A stretch of DNA of 64,000 nucleotides, from the IMG/VR virus record IMGVR_UViG_3300042901_002340; one strand, given 5' to 3'. This DNA comes from a virus. Taxonomy: Duplodnaviria; Heunggongvirae; Uroviricota; Caudoviricetes. The translations under genes and the position numbers were made by a program. The notes beneath the pieces are model-generated. The model was not told the DNA's origin, did no database searches, and saw only the letters and a list, made by a program, of their open reading frames with translations. Of this stretch, positions 10,481-19,120 are shown piece by piece; within the stretch, counting starts at the first letter, position 1, and every line of letters begins with the position of its first letter.

Positions 10481-10948
10481 TTAATAATTGTTTTGTTGTC
10501 TTCTCCTGTTTTCCAGGTTTTTGCTCATGTACATATTGTACATTTCAGATGGCGTCATGCCTATAGATATTGCATAATTCATAAAGAAATGAAGCATATC
10601 TATTACTTCAAATTTACATTCAAGTTGATCGTTTTGTGAAAGATCCGAGAATTTTTTCGCTCCATAAGTATCATAAGCGGATTTCCATTTTTTCCAGATC
10701 GCATTACCGTTACCATCCTTGATTCCACCCAGTGCATCGGTTGCTTCATGAATCTCATCTACCATTGCGTGAGTATTCATATGCCAAAATCCCATAACAT
10801 CCCGGAGTGTCATTTCTTCAAAGTTATAACCATAAACATTTTTCTGCGTGTCAGCCTGTAAATTCAGTATGTCCCCAAGAGTGTCACTACTTTTTGAATA
10901 GAGATCTTCTATATTTAACTCAGAGCAACTGTTGTCAATGTTAGCCAT
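10481..10948 (-). CDS. all-alpha dimeric dUTPase/dCTPase (T4 gp56-like NTP pyrophosphatase)
   Basis: DEIHEA...WKKWK...EVIDMLHFF...[16 protein letters not shown], typical of the dUTPase_2/gp56 family; next to nrdB. Confidence 0.8.
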   Translation of the reverse strand: MANIDNSCSELNIEDLYSKSSDTLGDILNLQADTQKNVYGYNFEEMTLRDVMGFWHMNTHAMVDEIHEATDALGGIKDGNGNAIWKKWKSAYDTYGAKKFSDLSQNDQLECKFEVIDMLHFFMNYAISIGMTPSEMYNMYMSKNLENRRRQQNNY

Positions 10949-10980
10949 TTTTATTTAGTTTTTGTTAATTTTTAATTCTC

Positions 10981-11047
10981 ATTACTAGACTCTAGATCTC
11001 CCTGGGTTTTTATATATCAACCAGGATTCGGATCTATCGAGAGTAAT
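10981..11047. other. long imperfect stem-loop with GATATATA in its loop
   Basis: Nested inverted repeats ATTACT/AGTAAT, CTC/GAG, TAGATC/GATCTA, CCTGG/CCAGG around TTTATATATC (motif at 11011-11018). Confidence 0.65.
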
Positions 11048-11050
11048 ACG

Positions 11051-12457
11051 TTAATTTTTTGCTTTCTCTAATTGTTTTTTTAAAACATCAATTTCTAGCT
11101 CTAATTCAAGCATTTTATCCTTGGTTTTTCTTCTCCTCGAATATAGATCCTTGATTATTATTTTAAGTATTGGGTTTTCGTCATCATTACCAAAGTAAGC
11201 TCCAGAAGCGCACTTTATCCAAGAATCCTTGGGATTCAATAGATTCTTTCCTTTATATGATTCTGGAGAAATTCCCCACTGAACCATGGCGTTAGGATAC
11301 AGAGAAGCAAAGTCATAACATGCTACCCAACCATGTAATCCCTTTATTGGGTCCTTAACATAACCACCAGCAAATTTAACATGTACCTCCTCTTTTTTCT
11401 CAGCAGTAAGAACCTGTTTTCTTTCAAGAAACTTTTTCATCATCATAACCTCAGTTGACCAGACAGGAGAAAGACATCTGTTTATTTCAACTCCCGATAT
11501 CATGGCAATCTTAAAGAAAGTTTGCATGGTCTTAAGTTTCTGGTCTATGTAATGTACAAGAGCACAATCGACAGCATTATAGTAGATAAAATCCTCGAAA
11601 TTAGATTGGTATAAATCTCTAAGTGTTCCATCATAAGCTATTTTTTTAAAACCAACCGCTTTTTCTGCAACATAATCAAGTCTATTACTTTCCTTAATCT
11701 TAATAACTCTATCCCATTTTTTATAGATTTCCAAATAGTCAAACATCAGAAGATGCTGTGGTAATTGTCCCTTTCCTATAAGTGTTTTTCCCGGAGAGAT
11801 AATCTTAGGATCTATACCGAGTCTTTTAGCTCTATTCAATAGATAGGGCCAGTCATACCCAAGCCAGTTCCATCCGGTCATTGTTGCCATCTTGGGACCA
11901 AGTTCTCTAAAGAATGTGTACATCATATCGTACTCGGTTTCAAATTGTTTATATTTGAAACTCCATTCGTCACCGGTTTTTTCGAAGTATTTGTTTATTT
12001 TATCATAGATACTTCCCTGCTGTTCAGGGGTTAGTGGATCAAGACCAAGAATTAATATCTTTCTTTTATCTGTTCCTATACCTATGGAGAGTACCCTATT
12101 TTTAGCATTTTCCGTATCAAGTGATGCTGCCTTGTCTTCCGTTATCTCAACCTCTATATCGACAAAGTATTTCTTAGGTTCTTGATATTCCCATAATGGT
12201 TTAGTTAATTCTTCAGGTGCTTCTATTAGGATCTGTGCCATCCTATATTTGTCATATCTCTCGGTCTTCACCTTTTTTATTGGTTCGCCCTTCCAGTTTG
12301 CCCATTCCTTATCTCTTTTGGGATCCCCTGGATTGCATCTTTCCCAATTAAATCTTTCTTCCTCGGGTATCGGAACACGAAGGAATGCAAGTTCCCCTTC
12401 GGGACCAAAGTGAGATACATTTAAGTAGCTTCCTTTATTCTCTATATCAATAATCAT
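11051..12457 (-). CDS. family B DNA polymerase, N-terminal subunit only (3'-5' exonuclease + motif A + first finger helix); split polymerase
   Basis: ExoI FVDIEV, ExoII GWNWLGYDWPY, ExoIII YNAVDC, GGYVKDP, motif A YDFASLYP. Ends in a coiled helix with no KxxxNSxYG or YGDTDS. Confidence 0.9.
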   Translation of the reverse strand: MIIDIENKGSYLNVSHFGPEGELAFLRVPIPEEERFNWERCNPGDPKRDKEWANWKGEPIKKVKTERYDKYRMAQILIEAPEELTKPLWEYQEPKKYFVDIEVEITEDKAASLDTENAKNRVLSIGIGTDKRKILILGLDPLTPEQQGSIYDKINKYFEKTGDEWSFKYKQFETEYDMMYTFFRELGPKMATMTGWNWLGYDWPYLLNRAKRLGIDPKIISPGKTLIGKGQLPQHLLMFDYLEIYKKWDRVIKIKESNRLDYVAEKAVGFKKIAYDGTLRDLYQSNFEDFIYYNAVDCALVHYIDQKLKTMQTFFKIAMISGVEINRCLSPVWSTEVMMMKKFLERKQVLTAEKKEEVHVKFAGGYVKDPIKGLHGWVACYDFASLYPNAMVQWGISPESYKGKNLLNPKDSWIKCASGAYFGNDDENPILKIIIKDLYSRRRKTKDKMLELELEIDVLKKQLEKAKN

Positions 12458-12512
12458 CCAGAAATATTTTAATGTATATGTTTTACACCATAATAAACTT
12501 ATGTTCCGGTCA

Positions 12513-12520
12513 GATATATA
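12513..12520 (+). promoter_or_regulatory. GATATATA putative late promoter (plus strand)
   Basis: GATATATAAATAATATG immediately before 12527; motif orientation follows the gene strand. Confidence 0.65.
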
Positions 12521-12526
12521 AATAAT

Positions 12527-12832
12527 ATGAAAAATTTAAAAAAATTTGAGGGTTTTATTAATGAGTGGTTGGATTCACCAGGAAGTATCGATGTTCCAGG
12601 CCAATCTTACGAGACCCGAGTAAACAGAAGAAATTATCAAACTGCAGATCCAACAATGCCCGAAACAATAGATGCAATGTATGAAGCAGCTTACTTCCAT
12701 GATTTTCTTGACGAAAGTGGAAAATCTGAAGAATTTAATAAATTTCTAGACGGAGAAAAAAAGACAGGTTCTGATATAACAGAATATCTAAAAACCGCAT
12801 TTCAGAAAAAAAATTCAAAAAAGGAATCATAA
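12527..12832 (+). CDS. hypothetical protein, putative head-internal protein (leader MKNLKKFEGFINE)
   Basis: 101 aa; shared leader motif; stop/start overlap with the next gene. Confidence 0.7.
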   Translation: MKNLKKFEGFINEWLDSPGSIDVPGQSYETRVNRRNYQTADPTMPETIDAMYEAAYFHDFLDESGKSEEFNKFLDGEKKTGSDITEYLKTAFQKKNSKKES

Positions 12833-13815
12833 TGAGGAACGTACAAAAATTCAATGGTTGGGTAAACGAAGCAAGATTAACCATAAATGTTGACGTCGAA
12901 GAAATTGAGAAAATATACAAACCAGAAAATATAGTTTTTCCTAGTTTATTATTAAAATATTTCGACAATGTAAAAATAGAAGAGATCAAAAAAAATTGTG
13001 CGGATCTTCTCGCAAAAGAATATGATAATAGACTTAACGAGGAACTTAAATGGTTAAAATTTCCAGACAAAGTAGCAACTGGCTATCCCATAATGGAGGC
13101 ACATTTCAAATTTATGGGTAAATTTTATCCCCTCAACGTCGATGTTCCTGCAAATCTAAAAACTGAACAGAAAGGAAAAGAAGGAAATCAGATTTATATA
13201 CCAATAATAGAAAACATCGCAAGAAGTATAAGAATTTTCAAAGACGATGAATCACATGAGGATATTAACAAATCAATAGAATTTCATGCAGGATTAAGTA
13301 AGGTAAAATATGACGAGGAGAAGCTTAAATATATCATAACAAAGCCTAAGGACAACTACGATTATAAAATAGTTATTCAAACGGACGGTAGTGTTCTTAC
13401 AGAGGAGGAATCGAAAAAAGTACCAAAAGAAAATATAGGTATGGATAACTCCAAAATAAAAACATACAACCTTAAACAGGGTAAACCTATAAAATTCGCT
13501 TCAAAATTAGGTGAAGATGGGTTTATTACAGGTAAAGTTTTTAGAATTATAAACAAAAAATTTAAAAAGTTCGGTAGAAGTGATAATTGGGCCATCTTTG
13601 ACGACCACATAGAGATGGATCTTGAATTCGAGAGGGACGGAAAAAACCTAAAGGTTCATAAAACTTTTAAACCGGGCGACATAATTTATTTACCTCTTGG
13701 TGAAAATAAGAAATTTATAAGATGCGAGGTTGCAAAACCTTTCTATGTTGCAAACCCAGTACTTAAAGAACCAATAAATCTAAGGGTAAAAATATCAAAA
13801 CAGGACAGCATCTAA
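12832..13815 (+). CDS. hypothetical protein, putative head-internal protein (leader MRNVQKFNGWVNE)
   Basis: 327 aa, Lys-rich; shared leader motif; TAATG coupling to the previous gene. Confidence 0.7.
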   Translation: MRNVQKFNGWVNEARLTINVDVEEIEKIYKPENIVFPSLLLKYFDNVKIEEIKKNCADLLAKEYDNRLNEELKWLKFPDKVATGYPIMEAHFKFMGKFYPLNVDVPANLKTEQKGKEGNQIYIPIIENIARSIRIFKDDESHEDINKSIEFHAGLSKVKYDEEKLKYIITKPKDNYDYKIVIQTDGSVLTEEESKKVPKENIGMDNSKIKTYNLKQGKPIKFASKLGEDGFITGKVFRIINKKFKKFGRSDNWAIFDDHIEMDLEFERDGKNLKVHKTFKPGDIIYLPLGENKKFIRCEVAKPFYVANPVLKEPINLRVKISKQDSI

Positions 13816-14184
13816 GTAAGCTCTAAGTTTGCTATCAGTTGGCTTTATATCGAGATTACCATTAACAAATATCTCCCAGGATTCATTACCATATATTCCT
13901 ATTCCTGGTAGTTCGGTAACTCGGGTAAAGCCTTCTTTGTATCCCTTGCTCATATCTACTATCCTTCTAGCCTTCATGTTATACAAGCCTGTTGTTTTTA
14001 TGATCGCTGCTAGACGTTCAACGTCGCAATTGATTGCAGAATGGTAATCAGGAATAAGATCAAATACGGCGTCTAAAATCGGTCGTACAGATTTATTATG
14101 GGTCTGGTTTAGAAGTATACAACAAACTAGCATCTTCCATGGATCATTAGGATAATTCTCTTGTATTAGTATTTCTCTGGTCAT
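13795..14184 (-). CDS. HhH-GPD DNA glycosylase, MBD4-like
   Basis: DPWKMLVCCILLNQT, GLYNMKA, HhH LPGIGIYG, catalytic-Asp segment PTDSKL; no FeS cluster motif. Confidence 0.82.
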   Translation of the reverse strand: MTREILIQENYPNDPWKMLVCCILLNQTHNKSVRPILDAVFDLIPDYHSAINCDVERLAAIIKTTGLYNMKARRIVDMSKGYKEGFTRVTELPGIGIYGNESWEIFVNGNLDIKPTDSKLRAYLDAVLF

Positions 14185-14225
14185 CTTTTTAAAATTTTAT
14201 CGCAATTTAAAAAATATTTCCGGAT

Positions 14226-14254
14226 AAAAAAAATCTCCAGATTGGGAGATTTTT
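14226..14254. terminator. intrinsic terminator hairpin
   Basis: AAAATCTCC-AGATTG-GGAGATTTT with an A-run (U tail on the minus strand), at the end of the 15753->14253 operon. Confidence 0.75.
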
Positions 14255-14726
14255 ATTTTTTCTTTTTCTTTCTATTTCTATCAACGAATTCCTTATATGA
14301 AATCATCTTCTTTTTGCCCTTTCCTTTTTTATTAGCTGCTCCCGTTCCAACAGTCAACGTGCTAAATTTGTCACCACTTCCGTTCTTTGAGTTATCATAG
14401 AAACCGGAATTTGTACCACCATTAGTAGGGGATATTGGATTTCCCATGCCACCAACATTATCTAGTGTTGCAAGTCCAGCGGCAGGAGGAGCCGATCCAC
14501 CATCCATATCCTCATCTAGTTTCTGTAAGGTAAACCCCTTGCCTTTAAGATAATCCTTTAGTTGCCATTTCTCAACACAGTAATCATTTTGGTCCAACCA
14601 ATTTTCTACACAATTACACGATTCATTACAATTACAACCATTAACGCAGGAGTCAATATTTTTTCTTTCATCTTCAATACAAACTAGATTTCTACCATTT
14701 GTACTATTACCTGTCGGATAAAACAT
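14253..14726 (-). CDS. hypothetical protein (Cys-rich N-half, Gly-rich C-half, basic tail)
   Basis: 157 aa; CVNGCNCNESCNC; C-terminal KMISYKEFV resembles the leader motif. Confidence 0.65.
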   Translation of the reverse strand: MFYPTGNSTNGRNLVCIEDERKNIDSCVNGCNCNESCNCVENWLDQNDYCVEKWQLKDYLKGKGFTLQKLDEDMDGGSAPPAAGLATLDNVGGMGNPISPTNGGTNSGFYDNSKNGSGDKFSTLTVGTGAANKKGKGKKKMISYKEFVDRNRKKKKK

Positions 14727-14727
14727 A

Positions 14728-14955
14728 TTATTCTAATATTTCTTTTATATTCTTGGCAAATATTCTAACTATATTGCCAGATTCATTCTTTGTTACGTAA
14801 CCTATTATATCATTATAAGTATCATATATTGGGCTATCAATAAGTAATTTTCTTCCCATATTATCAACAATCCAAGAATTTAATATTTTACTAACTTCCT
14901 TGCTATGAGTCATGTTTCTGATCTCTGTAGCATTTGGTGATCCACATCCACACAT
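14728..14955 (-). CDS. hypothetical protein (N-terminal MCGCG)
   Basis: 75 aa ORF tightly packed in the operon. Confidence 0.6.
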   Translation of the reverse strand: MCGCGSPNATEIRNMTHSKEVSKILNSWIVDNMGRKLLIDSPIYDTYNDIIGYVTKNESGNIVRIFAKNIKEILE

Positions 14956-14957
14956 AA

Positions 14958-15383
14958 TTATCTATAGTCTCCTCTAGCCTCTTTCCTCTTTAGATATTGC
15001 CAAAGAAAGTTTAATCCTTTAGCGTAATCCTTAGCAGATTTAAAAGGGTCCGAGAATTTTTTTATATCGTTACCGTTTCCTTCTTTTACTTCCTTGGACT
15101 TTATTGGATTATATCTCCTCACTGTACCTGAGGGATGTATGGTATAGAAAACATCACCATGCCCAAGTTCTTTTTGTTTCTTAACACTTCTCACAAACTT
15201 CATTGTGTTATTTAGCTCTTGCTGATGTGAAGTGTCCTCATCAAAACCAAGAGCCAATAGTCTTCTATACTCCCTAGATTTTCTTACCCTATCCAATTCA
15301 ATTTCTCTTCTATACTCGGTTTTATATTCATATTCAGGAGAATATGATTTAAAGTCAAGAAGATGTTTCATCTGCTTCTTCAT
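14958..15383 (-). CDS. hypothetical protein, putative head-internal protein (leader MKHLLDFKSYSPE)
   Basis: 141 aa; shared leader motif. Confidence 0.65.
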   Translation of the reverse strand: MKKQMKHLLDFKSYSPEYEYKTEYRREIELDRVRKSREYRRLLALGFDEDTSHQQELNNTMKFVRSVKKQKELGHGDVFYTIHPSGTVRRYNPIKSKEVKEGNGNDIKKFSDPFKSAKDYAKGLNFLWQYLKRKEARGDYR

Positions 15384-15384
15384 A

Positions 15385-15753
15385 CTATTTATCGGAAAGC
15401 CAGTCTCTATAATCTTTAAGATTCGATAGATTCTTTTTTCCTTTCTTTGTTTGTTTTGAATCTGGGTTCAAAAATGGAACTATCTTACCCGGTCCTTTAG
15501 GTTGAAATTTTGGCATTGCCGAAGATCCAATAGGTTCAAGACTAATCGGAAGATCTGCCTCATCAACATGATCCGGAAGTTTCTTATGTTTAGTCGAAGC
15601 ATAAGCTTTAAGTTCCTTCTCAGTCATACTCTTGGATAACTTAACTATTTCGTCTCTATATTTGGGATTAAGTTTGGATGGTGACAATTCACCGATCCTA
15701 ACTGCATATGCTTGTCCAAAAAGAGATTGTTGGGATTTACTAACCGCTGGCAT
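15385..15753 (-). CDS. DUF3008-like protein
   Basis: MPAVSKSQQ...RIGEL...SMTEKELKAYASTKHKKLP matches the DUF3008 pattern. Confidence 0.7.
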   Translation of the reverse strand: MPAVSKSQQSLFGQAYAVRIGELSPSKLNPKYRDEIVKLSKSMTEKELKAYASTKHKKLPDHVDEADLPISLEPIGSSAMPKFQPKGPGKIVPFLNPDSKQTKKGKKNLSNLKDYRDWLSDK

Positions 15754-15772
15754 ATCAATAATTTAATTTCTA

Positions 15773-15780
15773 TATATATC
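15773..15780 (-). promoter_or_regulatory. GATATATA putative late promoter
   Basis: Motif 20 nt upstream of the 15753 start, directly after a terminator. Confidence 0.65.
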
Positions 15781-15784
15781 CAAC

Positions 15785-15820
15785 AAAAAAAAGGACTTAT
15801 AAATATAAGTCCTTTTTTTT
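15785..15820. terminator. intrinsic terminator hairpin
   Basis: AAAAAAAAGGACTTAT-AAAT-ATAAGTCCTTTTTTTT perfect inverted repeat overlapping the stop of 15797..16057. Confidence 0.8.
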
Positions 15821-16057
15821 CTTCTGCCATTCAGAGTCTGACATTGGTTTCTTATTAAGATCCCAATTTTTATCAGGATTGATTATCTTCTTCTTACTCT
15901 TGTACCAATCTCCAAATGTCCATATAAATCTATTATATCCCTTACCTACAGTAGCAAATCCAGTGTCTCCTGGTTGTATAGCTATTGGTGATTGGGGTGG
16001 AACATAGGAATCAGTGTTTGAGGATTTAGATGGAGTCTTCATATCTTTCTTTGTCAT
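15797..16057 (-). CDS. hypothetical protein
   Basis: 86 aa ORF in the operon. Confidence 0.55.
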   Translation of the reverse strand: MTKKDMKTPSKSSNTDSYVPPQSPIAIQPGDTGFATVGKGYNRFIWTFGDWYKSKKKIINPDKNWDLNKKPMSDSEWQKKKKDLYL

Positions 16058-16259
16058 AGATGACAGTTTCTATTTTTGTTTTTGTGACTTGTATCGTCTC
16101 AAAGTCTCCCAGAGTTCCCTCCATATAAGATGCAACTTTCGTTTCCACATCTAATACAGATTCCGCTGAAACTAGAAATTGTGATATAGTGTAAACCGGA
16201 TCACCGTTCTTTTTAACCTCTCCTGACTCAAATCTTACTTTTGCTAAGTAGTAGCTCAT
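16026..16259 (-). CDS. DUF4494-like protein (Bacteroidota-associated family)
   Basis: YYLAKVRF...NG...QFLVSAESVLDVETKV...FETIQVTKTKIETVI resembles the DUF4494 repeat unit. Confidence 0.65.
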   Translation of the reverse strand: MSYYLAKVRFESGEVKKNGDPVYTISQFLVSAESVLDVETKVASYMEGTLGDFETIQVTKTKIETVIYDKERYEDSI

Positions 16260-16284
16260 GTTATGTTTTTTTAAAAGTTAGTAA

Positions 16285-16464
16285 TTATGCCGCTTTGTTT
16301 TTAGAATCCTGTACTTCGGTTCTTACTTCTTGTGCAAGTGCTTTTAATTCTTGCATAGCTTTTCTAACTCTAGTACCAGCTGCACTGTTACCTTTACTGA
16401 AGAATTTTTCAGCATCACCTTGTGTTTGCTCTAATAGAGCCTTGATTTGTTCGAATTTTTCCAT
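16285..16464 (-). CDS. histone H1-like protein (Hc1 family, Bacteroidota type), 59 aa; missing from the ORF track
   Basis: Manual translation MEKFEQIKALLEQTQGDAEKFFSKGNSAAGTRVRKAMQELKALAQEVRTEVQDSKNKAA with the KGNxAAGTRxRK signature. Confidence 0.88.
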   Translation of the reverse strand: MEKFEQIKALLEQTQGDAEKFFSKGNSAAGTRVRKAMQELKALAQEVRTEVQDSKNKAA

Positions 16465-16517
16465 TTTAAATTTAATTTTAATTTATTATTATATCAATGA
16501 TTTCACAAAAAGTTCCC

Positions 16518-17063
16518 TTATCTACTTATAATTAATGATTTTTCACTTGAGCCAGTTTGAACCGACCAATTTTTGCCGAGTTGAGACACACATATCGACT
16601 TCATATACTCTATGTATTCACCCTTACCTTTATATTCCAAATTGTCTTGCAAATTATCATACATCCTTACAACCTTAGGATTGAAAGAAAGGTAATCCAG
16701 AACACATTTGAATATCTGCTCCATGAGTCTAGATAGCTCATTTCCATCAACAAGAAATTCAGAACTACTAACCGAAGGTATATCCTCCTTATCAACTGCT
16801 ATATCCTCTATAAGTTCATGGCCTATTTGGTTTATGTTAAGCACACAATAAGAATTTTTAGCACCCTCTATAGGCTCATTCTCAGAATATTTACCTATTA
16901 TAAGATGGTATCCCATTTCATGTTCCTCGTCTTCGCTATCAAGACTGAAGAAATAATGATATACATCACTTACTTTCTTCATCAGGAATGGTGATGTACC
17001 AAATCCGTCATTCTCATTAACCGGACTTGTAAATTGATCAAATGATGCAATAAACTTTTTCAT
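16518..17063 (-). CDS. hypothetical protein, putative head-internal protein (leader MKKFIASFDQFTSPVNE)
   Basis: 181 aa; shared leader motif; last gene of the 20604->16518 operon. Confidence 0.65.
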   Translation of the reverse strand: MKKFIASFDQFTSPVNENDGFGTSPFLMKKVSDVYHYFFSLDSEDEEHEMGYHLIIGKYSENEPIEGAKNSYCVLNINQIGHELIEDIAVDKEDIPSVSSSEFLVDGNELSRLMEQIFKCVLDYLSFNPKVVRMYDNLQDNLEYKGKGEYIEYMKSICVSQLGKNWSVQTGSSEKSLIISR

Positions 17064-17065
17064 TT

Positions 17066-19099
17066 TTATTCTTGGTTATTTTTTTCCATTTCTTCATGAA
17101 TTTCAGATTCCGTTATAAGTTCCGAATTTTCAAATTCACCCTCGTCTTCCTCCTTAATTCCAGTACCTTTCTGTGCATCTATTAATGAATTATAAACATT
17201 GGCAACAGCCTGAGGTACAAGCTTTTTGAACCCAACATAATCTTCGGATTCTATTTTCTTTCTAACGTCACTACCACTCGACGATCTTTTAGTTTGTATT
17301 ATCTTTATATCTTCAGGGAAATCACCACCTGCCTTTTTGAGGTAGTCAGCTTGTTTATTGTAGTCCTCTATCCTATCGTCACCAGCCCCTATGGTTTTAG
17401 GAATAAATCCATGTTCCTTAGCCTTTCCGTATATAGGTCCAAGAAGACCCCTATTGACAACAAAATAACCAGAAATCTTTCCAGGATTATCTTTAACTAT
17501 TCCCTCCATATAGCGGGATATTAATTTCTCATCGTATGGGGATTTACCAGATTTATTATGTCCCGGATGAACTACAGCAATAATACTAGGCAGGTCATTC
17601 TCCTTGTATAACTGATCAACCATTTTTAAATGTCCATTATGAAAAGGTTGAAATCTACCAACAAGTAGATTAACAGGTTGGAGCTTTTTTTCTTCCTTGT
17701 CGCTGTCCTCGTTGATTTCTTTTGATTTATCTTTCTTGCTAGTGTCTATCGTTTCTAAAGCTGAAATAAATTCGTTGTAAGAATAAAAAGGATCGTCAGT
17801 ATCAGATTCCTCAGAATTATCAGATTCGCTAGTAACATAATCTATTTTCTTGGAAGATAGATTATTTTTCTTGAAATCCATAAATGATGGTATAGCTTCA
17901 GATTCCTGTATAGCGGGTTTGGTTTCCTTAGCAACAACTCTTTCTATATCGCTAACAACTATATTAAATTGATCTATTATACCAGAAGTTATTATTCCAC
18001 TGGCTCTTTTTCTTATCTTTCTAAATGAGTTAAGCATAAGTTTAAATAGGGACTCGTAGGAATCGTCGGTATCAAGATATTTAAGAACTCTTTTATCCTT
18101 TATCATATCAAGATTCAACCTAAATTCATCTTTCTTCAAGTAATCAGGCTCTTGAAAATCAGCTCCCCTGTATTTATAGGCATATTCACCTAGAAATTTA
18201 ACGAAAACGTCAGACATAAAAGAAATGTATCTCTCGTCGTCAGTATTACCCGAAACGTTAAACGACTCAACACCTTCCTCCAATATGAAATTCATAATAT
18301 CCATTATAGTAAGACCAAGAAAATCGCTAGGTTTTTCATCAGATCTTCTGCTATATTTTTCCTTTGCCATTTCCGTGAATACTGGATCCACCATCTTGGA
18401 TAATATTGGTTCCTTCCCATTATCTTCCTCACCGAATCTAAAAACTATTCCCTCTATCGGTTTATCAAGATCGTTATTAAGTGCACTAGTCTTAGCTTCT
18501 GGATTAAGAACACCAATTATGTACCTAACAAAACTTTTAGTTTTAAATTCGGAAACTAATTGATCAAAAGGAGTTCGAAGAAAATCGAGGATCTGATTTT
18601 TCTGATCCTCGGTTAGCATACCCTGGAATATTATGGGAGGTCTTTCAACACCAAGAATATCAGCCCAGTTATCAAGTTGTTCCTGATCCTGTATTGTCGA
18701 AGCTGGTTTACCATTTTCGTTTTTGGTGTGTATATATGAAAGTATCAGATTGTTCTTAGGCAATCTATCATAAGCAATCTCCACAGGTTGATTATTTGAA
18801 AAATACTCAAGACCGAATCTCCATCCTCTAGGAATCTCATTAAGTATATGCGGAGGAAGTGATTCTATATAATTTATAGGCTTCTCGTAATATTTCATAA
18901 GGGTACGATCAACAAGAGTTATTGGATATCTCTGATCTCTCTTATAAAAATTAAATCTACCAGTTTCTGAATTTCTTTCAAAAACAAAAGCAGAACCGTC
19001 CATTTTTTCATTAATGGTCACATAGGAGTTAAAGAGATTATCGATGAAATCCTTACCCTTTTTGTTATAAATATCATATAAATGACTAATCCCTGCCAT
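17066..19099 (-). CDS. fusion: ATP-dependent (RNA) ligase-like nucleotidyltransferase + HIGH-family (cytidylyl/NMNAT-like) nucleotidyltransferase
   Basis: N-half: motif I NEKMDGS, GLEYF, IEGIVFR, LSKMVD. C-part: VGRFQPFHNGH, GAGDDR, SGSDVRKKI. Acidic linker between them. Confidence 0.78.
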   Translation of the reverse strand: MAGISHLYDIYNKKGKDFIDNLFNSYVTINEKMDGSAFVFERNSETGRFNFYKRDQRYPITLVDRTLMKYYEKPINYIESLPPHILNEIPRGWRFGLEYFSNNQPVEIAYDRLPKNNLILSYIHTKNENGKPASTIQDQEQLDNWADILGVERPPIIFQGMLTEDQKNQILDFLRTPFDQLVSEFKTKSFVRYIIGVLNPEAKTSALNNDLDKPIEGIVFRFGEEDNGKEPILSKMVDPVFTEMAKEKYSRRSDEKPSDFLGLTIMDIMNFILEEGVESFNVSGNTDDERYISFMSDVFVKFLGEYAYKYRGADFQEPDYLKKDEFRLNLDMIKDKRVLKYLDTDDSYESLFKLMLNSFRKIRKRASGIITSGIIDQFNIVVSDIERVVAKETKPAIQESEAIPSFMDFKKNNLSSKKIDYVTSESDNSEESDTDDPFYSYNEFISALETIDTSKKDKSKEINEDSDKEEKKLQPVNLLVGRFQPFHNGHLKMVDQLYKENDLPSIIAVVHPGHNKSGKSPYDEKLISRYMEGIVKDNPGKISGYFVVNRGLLGPIYGKAKEHGFIPKTIGAGDDRIEDYNKQADYLKKAGGDFPEDIKIIQTKRSSSGSDVRKKIESEDYVGFKKLVPQAVANVYNSLIDAQKGTGIKEEDEGEFENSELITESEIHEEMEKNNQE

Positions 19100-19120
19100 A
19101 AGTAGCTTTTTTAATGTTTA

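Noticed and set aside
11051-12457. PolB pseudogene or split-intein-mediated polymerase
   Set aside because: All exonuclease motifs and motif A are intact, no downstream remnant is visible, and the C-terminus has no intein block A/B
16241-16531. 96 aa plus-strand ORF
   Set aside because: Antisense to the Hc1-like gene on the minus strand
17066-17690. Calling the HxGH domain a definite NMNAT of an NAD-rebuilding pathway
   Set aside because: The motif is shared across HIGH NTases, and no Nampt or PRPP-synthetase-like partner is visible in the window
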